The notes below the pieces were generated by a model. It was not told where the DNA came from. It was given only the letters and a program-made list of their open reading frames with translations, and ran no database searches. The position numbers and the translations under genes were made by a program. From Eledone cirrhosa (Eukaryota), in the NCBI GenBank assembly GCA_964016885.1, contig OZ024766.1, forward strand, positions 18,786,001 to 18,850,000: DNA of 64,000 nt, given 5' to 3'. Shown here piece by piece: positions 43,090 to 56,439 of this stretch (positions are counted from its first letter, which is position 1; each line of letters begins with the position of its first letter).

Positions 43090-46000
43090 ATGGGAGGCAC
43101 GTGGCTTAGTGGTTAGAGCATTGGCCTTGCAATGGTGACACGTGGCTTAGTGGTTAGAGCATTGGGCTTGCAATTGAGGCACGTGGCTTAGTGGTTAGAG
43201 CATTGGGTTGCAATGGAGGCACATGGCTTAGTGGTTAGAGCATTGGGCTTGCATTGGTGGCACATGGCTTAGTGGTTAGAGCATTGGGCTTGCATTGGTG
43301 GCACATGGCTTAGTGGTTAGAGCATTGGGCTTGCATTGGTGGCACATGGCTTAGTGGTTAGAGCATTGGGCTTGCATTGGTGGCACATGGCTTAGTGGTT
43401 AGAGCATTGGGCTTGCATTGGTGGCACATGGCTTAGTGGTTAGAGCATTGGGCTTGCATTGGTGGCACATGGCTTAGTGGTTAGAGCATTGGGCTTGCAT
43501 TGGTGGCACATGGCTTAGTGGTTAGAGCATTGGGCTTGCATTGGTGGCACATGGCTTAGTGGTTAGAGCATTGGGCTTGCAATGGAGGCACATGGCTTAG
43601 TGGTTAGAGCATTGGGCTTGCATTGGTGGCACATGGCTTAGTGGTTAGAGCATTGGGCTTGCATTGGTGGCACATGGCTTAGTGGTTAGAGCATTGGGCT
43701 TGCATTGGTGGCACATGGCTTAGTGGTTAGAGCATTGGGCTTGCATTGGTGGCACATGGCTTAGTGGTTAGAGCATTGGGCTTGCATTGGTGGCACATGG
43801 CTTAGTGGTTAGAGCATTGGGCTTGCATTGGTGGCACATGGCTTAGTGGTTAGAGCATTGGGCTTGCATTGGTGGCACATGGCTTAGTGGTTAGAGCATT
43901 GGGCTTGCATTGGTGGCACATGGCTTAGTGGTTAGAGCATTGGGCTTGCATTGGTGGCACATGGCTTAGTGGTTAGAGCATTGGGCTTGCATTGGTGGCA
44001 CATGGCTTAGTGGTTAGAGCATTGGGCTTGCAATGGAGGCACATGGCTTAGTGGTTAGAGCATTGGGCTTGCATTGGTGGCACATGGCTTAGTGGTTAGA
44101 GCATTGGGCTTGCATTGGTGGCACATGGCTTAGTGGTTAGAGCATTGGGCTTGCATTGGTGGCACATGGCTTAGTGGTTAGAGCATTGGGCTTGCATTGG
44201 TGGCACATGGCTTAGTGGTTAGAGCATTGGGCTTGCATTGGTGGCACATGGCTTAGTGGTTAGAGCATTGGGCTTGCATTGGTGGCACATGGCTTAGTGG
44301 TTAGAGCATTGGGCTTGCATTGGTGGCACATGGCTTAGTGGTTAGAGCATTGGGCTTGCATTGGTGGCACATGGCTTAGTGGTTAGAGCATTGGGCTTGC
44401 ATTGGTGGCACATGGCTTAGTGGTTAGAGCATTGGGCTTGCATTGGTGGCACATGGCTTAGTGGTTAGAGCATTGGGCTTGCATTGGTGGCACATGGCTT
44501 AGTGGTTAGAGCATTGGGCTTGCATTGGTGGCACATGGCTTAGTGGTTAGAGCATTGGGCTTGCATTGGTGGCACATGGCTTAGTGGTTAGAGCATTGGG
44601 CTTGCAATGGAGGCACATGGCTCTGTGGTTAGAGCATTGGGTTGCAATGGAGGCACAAGGCTCTGTGGTTAGAGCATTGGGCTTGCATTGGTGGCACATG
44701 ACTTAGTGGTTAGAGCATTGGGCTTGCATTGGTGGCACATGGCTTAGTGGTTAGAGCATTGGGCTTGCAATGGAGGCACATGGCTTAGTGGTTAGAGCAT
44801 TGGGTTGCAATGGAGGCACATGGCTTAGTGGTTAGAGCATTGGGTTGCAATGGTGACACATGGCTTAGTGGTTAGAGCATTGGGCTTGCAATGGTGACAC
44901 ATGGCTTAGTGGTTAGAGCATTGGGCTTGCAATGGAGGCACATGGCTTAGTGGTTAGAGCATTGGGTTGCAATGGAGGCACGTGGCTTAGTGGTTAGAGC
45001 ATTGGGCTTGCAATGGAGGCACGTGGCTTAGTGGTTAGAGCATTGGGTTGCAATGGAGGCACGTGGCTTAGTGGTTAGAGCATTGGGTTGCAATGGAGGC
45101 ACGTGGCTTAGTGGTTAGAGCATTGGGCTTGCAATGGAGGCACATGGCTTAGTGGTTAGAGCATTGGGTTGCAATGGAGGCACGTGGCTTAGTGGTTAGA
45201 GCATTGGGCTTGCAATGGAGGCACATGGCTTAGTGGTTAGAGCATTGGGCTTGCAATGGAGGCACATGGCTTAGTGGTTAGAGCATTGGGCTTGCAATGG
45301 AGACACGTGGCTCAGTGGTTAGAGCATTGGGCTTGCAATGGAGACACGTGGCTTAGTGGTTAGAGCATTGGGCTTGCAATGGAGACACGTGGCTTAGTGG
45401 TTAGAGCATTGGGCTTGCAATGGAGACACGTGGCTTAGTGGTTAGAGCATTGGGCTTGCAATGGAGACACGTGGCTTAGTGGTTAGAGCATTGGGCTTGC
45501 AATGGAGACACGTGACTTAGTGGTTAGAGCATTGGGCTTGCAATGGTGACACGTGGCTTAGTGGTTAGAGCATTGGCCTTGCAATGGTGATACGTGACTT
45601 AGTGGTTAGAGCATTGGCCTTGCAATGGTGATACGTGACTTAGTGGTTAGAGCATTGGGCTTGCAATGGTGACACATGGCTTAGTGGTTAGAGCATTGGG
45701 CTTGCAATGGTGATACGTGACTTAGTGGTTAGAGCATTGGCCTTGCAATGGTGATACGTGACTTAGTGGTTAGAGCATTGGGCTTGCAATGGTGACACAT
45801 GGCTTAGTGGTTAGAGCATTGGGCTTGCAATGGTGATACGTGACTTAGTGGTTAGAGCATTGGCCTTGCAATGGTGATACGTGACTTAGTGGTTAGAGCA
45901 TTGGGCTTGCAATGGTGACACATGGCTTAGTGGTTAGAGCATTGGGCTTGCAATGGTGATACGTGACTTAGTGGTTAGAGCATTGGCCTTGCAATGGTGA

Positions 46001-47597
46001 TACGTGACTTAGTGGTTAGAGCATTGGGCTTGCAATGGTGACACATGGCTTAGTGGTTAGAGCATTGGGTTGCAATGGTGACACATGGCTTAGTGGTTAG
46101 AGCATTGGGCTTGCAATGGAGACACGTGACTTAGTGGTTAGAGCATTGGGCTTGCAATGGTGACACGTGGCTCAGTGGTTAGAGCATTGGGCTTGCAATG
46201 GTGATACGTGACTTAGTGGTTAGAGCATTGGGCTTGCAATGGTGACACGTGGCTTAGTGGTTAGAGCATTGGGCTTGCAATGGAGACACGTGGCTTAGTG
46301 GTTAGAGCATTGGGCTTGCAATGGAGGCATGTGGCTTAGTGGTTAGAGCATTGGGTTGCAATGGAGGCACGTGGCTTAGTGGTTAGAGCATTGGGTTGCA
46401 ATGGAGGCACGTGGCTTAGTGGTTAGAGCATTGGGCTTGCAATGGAGGCATGTGGCTTAGTGGTTAGAGCATTGGGCTTGCAATGGAGGCACGTGGCTTA
46501 GTGGTTAGAGCATTGGGCTTGCAATGGAGGCACATGGCTTAGTGGTTAGAGCATTGGGCTTGCAATGGAGGTACATGGCTTAGTGGTTAGAGCATTGGGC
46601 TTGCAATGGAGGTACATGGCTTAGTGGTTAGAGCATTGGGCTTGCAATGGAGGCACGTGGCTTAGTGGTTAGAGCATTGGGTTGCAATAGAGGCACATGG
46701 CTTAGTGGTTAGAGCATTGGGTTGCAATGGAGGCACGTGGCTTAGTGGTTAGAGCATTGGGTTGCAATAGAGGCACATGGCTTAGTGGTTAGAGCATTGG
46801 GTTGCAATGGTGACACATGGCTTAGTGGTTAGAGCATTGGGCTTGCAATGGAGGCACATGGCTTAGTGGTTAGAGCATTGGCCTTGCAATGGAGGCACAT
46901 GGCTTAGTGGTTAGAGCATTGGCCTTGCATTGGAGGCACATGGCTTAGTGGTTAGAGCATTGGGCTTGCAATGGAGGCACATGGCTTAGTGGTTAGAGCA
47001 TTGGGCTTGCAATGGAGGTACATGGCTTAGTGGTTAGAGCATTGGGCTTGCAATGGAGGCACATGGCTTAGTGGTTAGAACATTGGGCTTGCAATGGAGG
47101 TACATGGCTTAGTGGTTAGAGCATTGGGCTTGCAATGGAGGCACATGGCTTAGTGGTTAGAGCATTGGGCTTGCAATGGAGGTACATGGCTTAGTGGTTA
47201 GAGCATTGGGCTTGCAATGGAGGCACATGGCTTAGTGGTTAGAGCATTGGGCTTGCAATGGAGGTACATGGCTTAGTGGTTAGAGCATTGGGCTTGCAAT
47301 GGAGGCACATAGCTCAGTGGTTAGAGCATTGGGCTTGCAATGGAGGTACATGGCTCAGTGGTTAGAGCATTGGCCTTGCAATGGAGGCACATGGCTTAGT
47401 GGTTAGAGCATTGGGTTTGCAATGGAGGCACATGGCTCAGTGGTTAGAGCATTGGCCTTGCAATGGAGGCACATGGCTTAGTGGTTAGAGCATTGGGTTT
47501 GCAATGGAGGCACATGGCTCTGTGGTTAGAGCATTGGGCTTGCAATGGAGGCACATGGCTCAGTGGTTAGAGCATTGGCCTTGCAATGGAGACACAT
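43090..47597 (+). repeat. 41-bp tandem array (about 110 units) derived from a tRNA/SINE 5' head containing a Pol III A-box
   Basis: Unit TGGCTTAGTGGTTAGAGCATTGGGCTTGCAATGGAGGCACA. TGGCTTAGTGG fits the A-box consensus TRGCNNARYGG, and GCTTAGTGGTTAGAGC resembles a tRNA D-arm. Confidence 0.9.
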
Positions 47598-49040
47598 GTC
47601 TATATATACACACACCTGTCTCTATATATACACCCACTCTATATACACACCTGTCTCTATATATACACATCCACTCTATATACACACCCACTCTCTATAT
47701 ATATATATACACCCACTATATATACACACCTGTCTCTATATATATACATCCACTCTATATACACCCACTCTACATACACCTGTCTCTAGATATATACACA
47801 CCCACTCTATATATATATACACCCACTCTATATACACACCTGTCTCTATATATATATATACACCCACTCTACATACACACCTGTCTCTATATATATACAC
47901 ACCTGTCTCTATATATATATACACACCTGTCTCTATATATATACACCCACTCTATATACACACCTGTCTCTATATATATACACCCACTCTACATACACAC
48001 CTGTCTCTATATATATACACCCACTCTATATACACACCTGTATCTATATATATCCACCCACTCTATATACACACCTGTCTCTATATATACACACCCACTC
48101 TATATATATATATATACACCCACTCTATATACACACCTGTCTCTCTATATATATATACACACCTGTCTCTATATATATACACCCACTCTATATACACACC
48201 TGTCTCTATATATATATACACACCTGTCTCTATATATATACACCCACTCTATATACACACCTGTCTCTCTATATATACACCCACTCTATATACACACCTG
48301 TCTCTATATATATACACCCACTCTATATACACACCTGTCTCTATATATATATACACACCTGTCTCTATATATATACACCCACTCTATATACACACCTGTC
48401 TCTCTATATATACACCCACTCTATATACACACCTGTCTCTATATATATATACACACCTGTCTCTATATATATACACCCACTCTATATACACACCTGTCTC
48501 TATATATATATATATACACCCACTCTATATACACACCTGTCTCTATATATATATATACACCCACTCTACATACACACCTGTCTCTCTCTCTATATATATA
48601 TATACACCCACTCTATATACACACCTGTCTCTATATATATATATATACACCCACTCTACATACACACCTGTCTCTATATATATATATACACCCACTCTAT
48701 ATATACACCCACTCTATATACACACCTGTCTCTATATATATACACCCACTCTATATACACACCTGTCTCTATATATATACACCCACTCTATATACACACC
48801 TGTCTCTATATATACACACCCACTCTATATACACACCTGTCTCTATATATATACACCCACTACATATATATATACACCCACTCTATATACACACCTGTCT
48901 CTATATATATACACCCACTCTATATACACACCTGTCTCTATATATACACACCCACTCTATATACACACCTGTCTCTATATATATACACCCACTATATATA
49001 TATATACACCCACTCTATATACACACCTGTCTCTATATAT
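47598..49040. repeat. Degenerate minisatellite ACACCCACTCTATATACACACCTGTCTCTAT(AT)n running up to the exon-5 acceptor
   Basis: Direct inspection. Confidence 0.9.
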
Positions 49041-49046
49041 TCCCAG

Positions 49047-49272
49047 GCAACAAAAAGAATCCCGGTGAGACGGGATGTCCCTGCAGCAGCGGTTGCCACG
49101 ACAACAGGGTCCTGTCCCTTCAAATCGAGTGCCTCCAGTCCCAGCTGGAGGAGCAGGCGAGGAACGCGAAGGAGAACATCGAGGGGCTGGTGGCAGACCG
49201 GGGCCTGAGGCAGCTGGAGTCGCACGCCAGGAAAACGAGGGACGAGACGAAGATTGAGAAGCTCCTGCAGAA
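49047..49272 (+). CDS. CCDC77: CCDC77 coding exon 5
   Basis: Acceptor TATTCCCAG; encodes (G)NKKNPGETGCPCSSGCHDNRVLSLQIECLQSQLEEQARNAKENIEGLVADRGLRQLESHARKTRDETKIEKLLQ; donor AA|GTTAGT (phase 2). Confidence 0.92.
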
Positions 49273-49319
49273 GTTAGTGTTGCTGTTGTTGTTGTTGTTG
49301 TGGTGGTGGTGGTGGGTAG

Positions 49320-52300
49320 CCTGGTGGGGAGTAGGGAGGTAGCCCGAGGGCCAAGGACACTGCTACAGGGTAGCCAGGTCTGTGTTGTTGGTGGGGAGTA
49401 GGGAGGTAGCGTTAGGGCCAAGGGCACTGCTATAGGGTAGCCAGGTCTGTACCTATGGGGGTAAGTAGGGAGGTAGCCCTAGGGCCAAGGACACCAGAAG
49501 TCTCCACTGCTAGGGGTAGCCAGGTCTGTACCTATGGTGGTAACTAGGGAGGTAGCCCTAGGGCCAAGGATACCAAAAGTCTCCACTGCTAGGGGTAGCC
49601 AGGTCTGTACCTATGGTGGTAAGTAGGGAGGTAGCCCTAGGGCCAAGGACACCAGAAGTCTCCACTGCTAGGGGTAGCCAACACTGTACCTATGGTGGTA
49701 AGTAGGGAGGTAGCCCTAGGGCCAAGGACCCCCAGAAGTCTCCACTGCTAGGGGTAGCCAGGTCTGTGTCCATGGTGGTAAGTAGGGAGGTAGCCCTAGG
49801 GCCAAGGGCACTGCTATAGAGTGGCCAGGTCTGTGTTGTTGGTGGGGAGTAGGGAGGTAGCCCTAGGGCCAAGGACACTGCTATAGAGTGGCCAGGTCTG
49901 TGTTGTTGGTGGGGAGTAGGGAGGTAGCCCGAGGGCCAAGGACACTGCTATAGAATGGCCAGGTCTGTGTTGTTGGTGGGGAGTAGGGAGGTAGCCCTAG
50001 GGCCAAGGACACTGCTACAGAGTGGCCAGCTCTGTGTTGTTGGTGGGGAGTAGGGAGGTAGCCCTAGGGCCAAGGACACTGCTATAGAATGGCCAGGTCT
50101 GTGTTGTTGGTGGGGAGTAGGGAGGTAGCCCTAGGGCCAAGGACACTGCTACAGAGTGGCCAGCTCTGTGTTGTTGGTGGGGAGTAGGGAGGTAGCCCTA
50201 GGGCCAAGGACACTGCTATAGAATGGCCAGGTCTGTGTTGTTGGTGGGGAGTAGGGAGGTAGCCCTAGGGCCAAGGACACTGCTATAGAATGGCCAGGTC
50301 TGTGTTGTTGGTGGGGAGTAGGGAGGTAGCCCTAGGGCCAAGGACACTGCTACAGGGTGGCCAGGTCTGTGTTGTTGGTGGGGAGTAGGGAGGTAGCCCG
50401 AGGGCCAAGGACACTGCTACAGAGTGGCCAGGTCTGTGTTGTTGGTGGGGAGTAGGGAGGTAGCCCGAGGACCAAGGACACTGCTACAGGGTAGCCAGGT
50501 CTGTGTTGTTGGTGGGGAGTAGGGAGGTAGCCCTAGGGCCAAGGACACTGCTATAGAGTGGCCAGGTCTGTGTTGTTGGTGGGGAGTAGGGAGGTAGCCC
50601 TAGGGCCAAGGACACTGCTATAGAGTGGCCAGGTCTGTGTTGTTGGTGGGGAGTAGGGAGGTAGCCCTAGGGCCAAGGACACTGCTATAGAGTGGCCAGG
50701 TCTGTGTTGTTGGTGGGGAGTAGGGAGGTAGCCCTAGGGCCAAGGACACTGCTATAGAGTGGCCAGGTCTGTGTTGTTGGTGGGGAGTAGGGAGGTAGCC
50801 CTAGGGCCAAGGACACTGCTATAGAGTGGCCAGGTCTGTGTTGGTGGTGGGGAGTAGGGAGGTAGCCCTAGGGCCAAGGGCACTGCTACAGGGTAGCCAG
50901 GTCTGTGTTGTTGGTGGGGAGTAGGGAGGTAGCCCTAGGGCCAAGGGCACTGCTACAGAGTGGCCAGGTCTGTGTTGTTGGTGGGGAGTAGGGAGGTAGC
51001 CCTAGGGCCAAGGGCACTGCTACAGAGTGGCCAGGTCTGTGTTGTTGGTGGGGAGTAGGGAGGTAGCCCTAGGGCCAAGGGCACTGCTACAGAGTGGCCA
51101 GCTCTGTGTTGTTGGTGGGGAGTAGGGAGGTAGCCCTAGGGCCAAGGGCACTGCTATAGAGTGGCCAGGTCTGTGTTGGTGGGGAGTAGGGAGGTAGCCC
51201 TAGGGCCAAGGACACTGCTACAGAGTGGCCAGGTCTGTGTTGGTGGTGGGGAGTAGGGAGGTAGCCCTAGGGCCAAGGGCACTGCTATAGAGTGGCCTGG
51301 TCTGTGTTGTTGGTGGGGAGTAGGGAGGTAGCCCTAGGGCCAAGGACACTGCTATAGAGTGGCCAGGTCTGTGTTGGTGGGGAGTAGGGAGGTAGCCCTA
51401 GGGCCAAGGACACTGCTACAGAGTGGCCAGGTCTGTGTTGTTGGTGGGGAGTAGGGAGGTAGCCCTAGGGCCAAGGACACTGCTACAGAGTGGCCAGGTC
51501 TGTGTTGGTGGTGGGGAGTAGGGAGGTAGCCCTAGGGCCAAGGGCACTGCTATAGAGTGGCCTGGTCTGTGTTGTTGGTGGGGAGTAGGGAGGTAGCCCT
51601 AGGGCCAAGGGCACTGCTATAGAGTGGCCTGGTCTGTGTTGTTGGTGGGGAGTAGGGAGGTAGCCCTAGGGCCAAGGACACTGCTACAGAGTGGCCAGGT
51701 CTGTGTTGTTGGTGGGGAGTAGGGAGGTAGCCCTAGGGCCAAGGACACTGCTACAGAGTGGCCAGGTCTGTGTTGGTGGTGGGGAGTAGGGAGGTAGCCC
51801 TAGGGCCAAGGGCACTGCTATAGAGTGGCCTGGTCTGTGTTGTTGGTGGGGAGTAGGGAGGTAGCCCTAGGGCCAAGGGCACTGCTATAGAGTGGCCTGG
51901 TCTGTGTTGTTGGTGGGGAGTAGGGAGGTAGCCCTAGGGCCAAGGACACTGCTACAGAGTGGCCAGGTCTGTGTTGTTGGTGGGGAGTAGGGAGGTAGCC
52001 CTAGGGCCAAGGGCACTGCTATAGAGTGGCCAGGTCTGTGTTGTTGGTGGGGAGTAGGGAGGTAGCCCTAGGGCCAAGGACACTGCTACAGGGTGGCCAG
52101 GTCTGTGTTGGTGGTGGGGAGTAGGGAGGTAGCCCTAGGGCCAAGGACACTGCTACAGAGTGGCCAGGTCTGTGTTGTTGGTGGGGAGTAGGGAGGTAGC
52201 CCTAGGGCCAAGGGCACTGCTATAGAGTGGCCTGGTCTGTGTTGTTGGTGGGGAGTAGGGAGGTAGCCCTAGGGCCAAGGGCACTGCTATAGAGTGGCCT

Positions 52301-52914
52301 GGTCTGTGTTGTTGGTGGGGAGTAGGGAGGTAGCCCTAGGGCCAAGGACACTGCTACAGAGTGGCCAGGTCTGTGTTGTTGGTGGGGAGTAGGGAGGTAG
52401 CCCTAGGGCCAAGGGCACTGCTATAGAGTGGCCAGGTCTGTGTTGTTGGTGGGGAGTAGGGAGGTAGCCCTAGGGCCAAGGGCACTGCTATAGAGTGGCC
52501 AGGTCTGTGTTGTTGGTGGGGAGTAGGGAGGTAGCCCTAGGGCCAAGGGCACTGCTATAGAGTGGCCAGGTCTGTGTTGGTGGTGGGGAGTAGGGAGGTA
52601 GCCCTAGGGCCAAGGACACTGCTACAGGGTGGCCAGGTCTGTGTTGGTGGTGGGGAGTAGGGAGGTAGCCCTAGGGCCAAGGACACTGCTACAGAGTGGC
52701 CAGGTCTGTGTTGGTGGTGGGGAGTAGGGAGGTAGCCCTAGGGCCAAGGACACTGCTACAGAGTGGCCAGGTCTGTGTTGGTGGTGGGGAGTAGGGAGGT
52801 AGCCCTAGGGCCAAGGACACTGCTATAGAGTGGCCAGGTCTGTGTTGGTGGTGGGGAGTAGGGAGGTAGCCCTAGGGCCAAGGACACCAGAGGTCTCCTC
52901 GTAGGGGTAGCCTG
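49320..52914. repeat. G-rich 67-bp tandem array (about 46 units) preceded by several ~80-bp variant units
   Basis: Unit GTGGCCAGGTCTGTGTTGTTGGTGGGGAGTAGGGAGGTAGCCCTAGGGCCAAGGACACTGCTATAGA. Confidence 0.96.
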
Positions 52915-52925
52915 ATATATATATA

Positions 52926-53026
<101 letters not shown>

Positions 53027-53034
53027 GTGTGTGT

Positions 53035-53055
53035 ATATATTCCAGTATATATATT

Positions 53056-53088
<33 letters not shown>

Positions 53089-53121
53089 TCCAGTGTATAT
53101 ATATATGTGTGTGTATGTATA

Positions 53122-53206
<85 letters not shown>

Positions 53207-53271
53207 GTATATGTGTGTATATATTCCAGGGTGTATATATATATGTGTGTGTGTGTGTGTGTATATTCCAG

Positions 53272-53312
<41 letters not shown>

Positions 53313-53721
53313 ATATATTCCAGGGTGTATATATATGTGTGTATATATTCCAGGGTGTATATATATATATATATCTGTGTATATATTCCAGTGTATATAT
53401 ATATATATATATATATACATGTGTGTGTATATTCCAGGGTGTATATATTCCAGTGTGTATATATATATATATTCCAGTGTGTATATATTCCAGGGTGTAT
53501 ATATTCCAGTGTGTATATATTCCAGGGTGTATATATTCCAGTGTGTATATATATATGTGTATATATTCCAGGGTGTATATATATATTCCAGTGTGTATAT
53601 ATTCCAGGGTGTATATATATATGTGTATATATTCCAGTGTATATATATATATATGTGTATATATTCCAGGGTGTATATATTCCAGTGTATATATATATGT
53701 ATGTGTGTGTATATATTCCAG
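53035..53721 (+). repeat. Minisatellite made of repeated copies of the exon-6 splice acceptor
   Basis: About 20 copies of TATTCCAG followed by GGTGTAT or TGT; the last copy is the acceptor used in the gene model. Confidence 0.85.
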
Positions 53722-54226
53722 GGTGTATAAGACGCAGGAGTTGCTGTACGACACGACGAAGCAGTTCCTGCAGCAGAGGTATAAGCAGCGGAGCAACGAG
53801 CGGGGCTGGATGTCGGAGAAAGACGGACTCCTGCAGCAGCTCGACCAGCTGGACGACTGGGCAAGGCATCACGGCCTCCACGCAGCAGCAACAGCAGCAG
53901 CAGCATCATCATCAACATCAACATCAACAGCAGCAGCAACAGCAGCAGCACACAGGAAGACATCGACTGGTGGTGGTGGTGGCGGCGGCGGGGCGGTGGA
54001 GGTGACACAGCACCACCACCACCCTCCTCCTCCTGCTGGTGGGGGTGGCGGGGTTTGCGGTTGCGGTGGCGGCGCTAGGTGCGCGCTGTGTCCAGGCTGT
54101 GTGCGCCGCACCGCCGCTGCTGCAGCTGCGCCTGCACCGCCGCGCCGCCGCTGCGTCGATGTTTGTTGCAGTGTTGGGGCCCACTTCAACGAGAACAGGG
54201 ATCCTGAGTTGCTGGAAGAGATACAG
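53722..54226 (+). CDS. CCDC77: CCDC77 coding exon 6, with a low-complexity/Cys-rich insertion
   Basis: Encodes (K)[37 protein letters not shown]...[12 protein letters not shown], containing the TQELLY and WMxEKD motifs of CCDC77; donor CAG|GTATGT at 54227. Confidence 0.9.
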
Positions 54227-54229
54227 GTA

Positions 54230-56012
54230 TGTAGTATAGGTTGTAGTAGAGTGGTGGTGGTTGGTGGTGGTGGGGGTTGGGGTTGTAGTGTAGGTTGTAG
54301 TAGAGTGGTGGTGGTGGTGGTGGTGGTTGGGGTTGTGTAGGTTGTAGTAGAGTGGTGGTGGTTGTTGTTGTAGTAGAGTGGTGGTGGTTGGGGTTGTAGT
54401 GTAGGTTGTAGTAGAGTGGTGGTGGTGGTGGTGGTTGTGGTTGTAGTAGAGTGGTGGTGGTTGGGGTTGTAGTGTAGGTTGTAGTAGAGTGGTGGTGGTG
54501 GTGGTGGTGGTGGTTGTGGTTGTAGTAGAGTGGTGGTGGTTGGGGTTGTAGTGTAGGTTGTAGTAGAGTGGTGTTGGTGGTGTTGGTTGTGGTTGTAGTA
54601 GAGTGGTGTTGGTGGTGGTGGTTGTGGTTGTAGTAGAGTGGTGGTGGTTGGGGTTGTAGTGTAGGTTGTAGTAGAGTGGTGGTGGTGGTGGTGGTTGTGG
54701 TTGTAGTAGAGTGGTGGTGGTTGGGGTTGTAGTGTAGGTTGTAGTAGAGTGGTGGTGGTGGTGGTGGTGGTGGTTGTGGTTGTAGTAGAGTGGTGGTGGT
54801 TGGGGTTGTAGTGTAGGTTGTAGTAGAGTGGTGGTGGTGGTGGTGGTGGTGGTTGTGGTTGTAGTAGAGTGGTTGGGGTTGTAGTGTAGGTTGTAGTAGA
54901 GTGGTGGTGGTGGTGGTGGTGGTGGTTGTGGTTGTAGTAGAGTGGTTGGGGTTGTAGTGTAGGTTGTAGTAGAGTGGTGGTGGTGGTGGTGGTGGTGGTT
55001 GTGGTTGTAGTAGAGTGGTGGTGGTGGTGGTGGTGGTGGTGGTTGTAGTAGAGTGGTGGTGGTGGTTGGGGTTGTAGTATAGGTTGTAGTAGAGTGGTGG
55101 TGGTTGGGGTTGTAGTGTAGGTTGTAGTAGAGTGGTGGTGGTGGTGGTGGTTGTGGTTGTAGTAGAGTGGTGGTGGTGGTGGTGGTTGTAGTAGAGTGGT
55201 GGTGGTTGGGGTTGTAGTATAGGTTGTAGTAGAGTGGTGGTGGTGGTGGTGGTTGGGGTTGTAGTAGAGTGGTGGTGGTGGTTGGGGTTGTAGTGTAGGT
55301 TGTGGTAGGGTGGTGTTGGTGGTGGTTGGGGTTGTAGTGTAGGTTGTAGTAGGGTGGTGGTGGTGGTGGTGGTTGGGGTTGTAGTAGAGTGGTGGTGGTG
55401 GTGGTTGTAGTATAGGTTGTAGTAGAGTGGTGGTGGTTGGGGTTGTAGTATAGGTTGTAGTAGAGTGGTGGTGGTGGTGGTGGTGGTTGGGGTTGTAGTA
55501 GAGTGGTGGTGGTGGTTGGGGTTGTAGTAGAGTGGTGGTGGTGGTGGTGGTTGTAGTAGGGTGGTGGTGGTGGTGGTGGTTGGGGTTGTAGTAGAGTGGT
55601 GGTGGTGGTGGTGGTGGTGGTTGGGGTTGTAGTGTAGGTTGTAGTAGAGTGGTGGTGGTTGGGGTTGGGGTTGTAGTAAAGTGGTGGTGGTTGTTGTAGT
55701 GTAGGTTGTAGTAGAGTGATAGTGGTTGGGGTTGTAGTAAAGTAGTGGTGGGTGTTGTAGTGTAGGTTGTAGTAGAGTGGGGTTGGGGTTGTAGTAAAGT
55801 GGTGGTGGGTGTTGTAGTGTAGGTTGTAGTAGAGTGGTGGTGGTTGGGGTTGTAGTAAAGTAGTGGTGGGTGTTGTAGTGTAGGTTGTAGTAGAGTGGTG
55901 GTGGTTGGGGTTGTAGTAAAGTGGTGGTGGGTGTTGTAGTGTAGGTTGTAGTAGAGTGGTAGTGTAGAATAGTGGAGGTGGTGGTTGGGGTATAGGTTGT
56001 AGTATAGTGGTT
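54230..56012. repeat. C-free G/T-rich degenerate repeat (GTAGGTTGTAGTAGAGT(GGT)n)
   Basis: Starts immediately after the exon-6 donor; strongly strand-asymmetric composition. Confidence 0.92.
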
Positions 56013-56013
56013 G

Positions 56014-56078
56014 TATTTTATCTGAAGAAAGCGTACCAAAGTCTTTTGGTGTCTTTGAAATATATATAACAATAAATA
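56014..56078 (+). ncRNA. Minimal hammerhead motif of the same family as 17500
   Basis: TATTTTAT-CTGAAGA-AAGCGTACCAAA-gtct-TTTGGTGTCTTT-GAAA-TATATA-TA; the 3' strand of stem I is degenerate. Confidence 0.65.
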
Positions 56079-56439
56079 TAGTTTCCATTTATTTAATATC
56101 ATTGTATATATATATATACATATATATAGAGAAAATTGAGGTTGGTAATGGCACATGGAATATATAAGAGACAGAATACTTTTTTGTGAAAAAACATAAT
56201 TTTATAAGGTAAGGAAATAATAAAGGGTATAAAAAATGACCGGTTTCGATGGGTCTGCAAAAGCCATCTTTTCAAATCCAGCTGTAGAAATCAAGCCAAA
56301 TCAGTTCCTGTATGAGCAAGGCATGGTCAGCCGACCAGACACTGCACACAACAGGACAACCCGTCTAACCCATGCTAGCGTGGAAGAACGGACGTAAAAT
56401 GGTGATGATGATGATGATATATACATGTATATATATAAA

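Noticed and set aside
43090-47597. CRISPR-like array or tRNA gene cluster
   Set aside because: There are no unique spacers and no cas genes, and the context is eukaryotic. The units lack an anticodon arm, T-arm and B-box, so they are not tRNA genes.
53869-56156. Long Pro/Thr/His-rich minus-strand ORFs resembling extensin or mucin
   Set aside because: Antisense translation of the G/T-rich intronic repeat; more than one frame is open because of composition.
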